64,000 nucleotides of DNA, taken from the NCBI GenBank assembly GCA_963771175.1, contig CAVYSY010000026.1:128001-192000 (forward strand). Reading direction: 5' to 3'. Shown here one piece after another: positions 63,754 to 64,000 of this stretch. The position numbers and the translations under genes are program-made. The notes beneath the pieces are model-generated. The model did not search any database. It worked only from the letters and a program-made list of their open reading frames with translations, and had not been told where the DNA came from. The first letter of the stretch is position 1. Each line of letters starts with the position of its first letter. The stretch comes from an uncultured delta proteobacterium. Its GTDB lineage: Bacteria > Myxococcota > Myxococcia > Myxococcales > Myxococcaceae.

Positions 63754-64000
63754 ATGAACGAAAAGCTGCAACGTCTCCTGGATGATGCGGCACGAGCTGC
63801 TCGCCTGCGGCTGGGGCTCACACAGGCGGAGGTGGCCAAGAAGGTGGGCTTGAAGTCCGGCGTCTACGGGCGGGTCGAGCGCGGGATGATGACGCCCAGC
63901 GTGCCCACGCTGCGACGGATGTGCGAGCCCCTGGGCATCTCCTCGGACGCGCTCCTGTCCCTGGGTGTCCAGGCTCCCGAGGCGACGGCACCGGCCCTCC
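63754..64000 (+). CDS. XRE-family HTH transcriptional regulator (partial)
   Basis: Read by hand: ARLRLGLTQAEVAKKVGL..VYGRVERG..TPSVPTLRRMC..LGISSDALL. Confidence 0.88.
   Translation, partial: MNEKLQRLLDDAARAARLRLGLTQAEVAKKVGLKSGVYGRVERGMMTPSVPTLRRMCEPLGISSDALLSLGVQAPEATAPAL

Larger units (their letters stand above)
61368..64000. mobile_element. tRNA-Asn-associated integrative element (left end only)
   Basis: tRNA followed by integrase, lower-GC orphan genes and an XRE regulator; the right att site is not in the window. Confidence 0.7.

Overview
High-GC myxobacterial chromosome segment (Cystobacterineae, probably Archangium/Cystobacter-like, inferred from mglBA, Glt paralogues and a masK-like kinase). 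Core content from left to right: radC-DUF3006-recQ; a TPR protein; SDR and acyltransferase genes; a surface-glycan cluster; a Zn-ribbon/GYF/TPR membrane protein; serS followed by all four tRNA-Ser isoacceptors, tRNA-Arg(ACG), tadA and SRP RNA; a split dnaX with ybaB-recR; a barrel/FecR/kinase operon divergent from mglBA; a Glt-like cluster followed by a beta-barrel plus OPX export pair; a peptidoglycan-recycling operon; rsmB-like; and tRNA-Asn with an integrase island running off the right edge. A decaying accessory block (about 10.2-20.9 kb) carries sulfatase/FGE/SulP, GH15 and a kinase::GH3 deletion scar. About a dozen genes carry single-base frameshifts, most likely assembly errors. Two leads stand out. 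The first is an unannotated sigma54-dependent small RNA gene on the minus strand (8067-8145), with a -24/-12 promoter, an IHF site, two upstream dyads, two hairpins and a terminator. The second is a dnaX whose tau C-terminal domain lies in the +1 frame behind a UUU_CGC candidate shift site.
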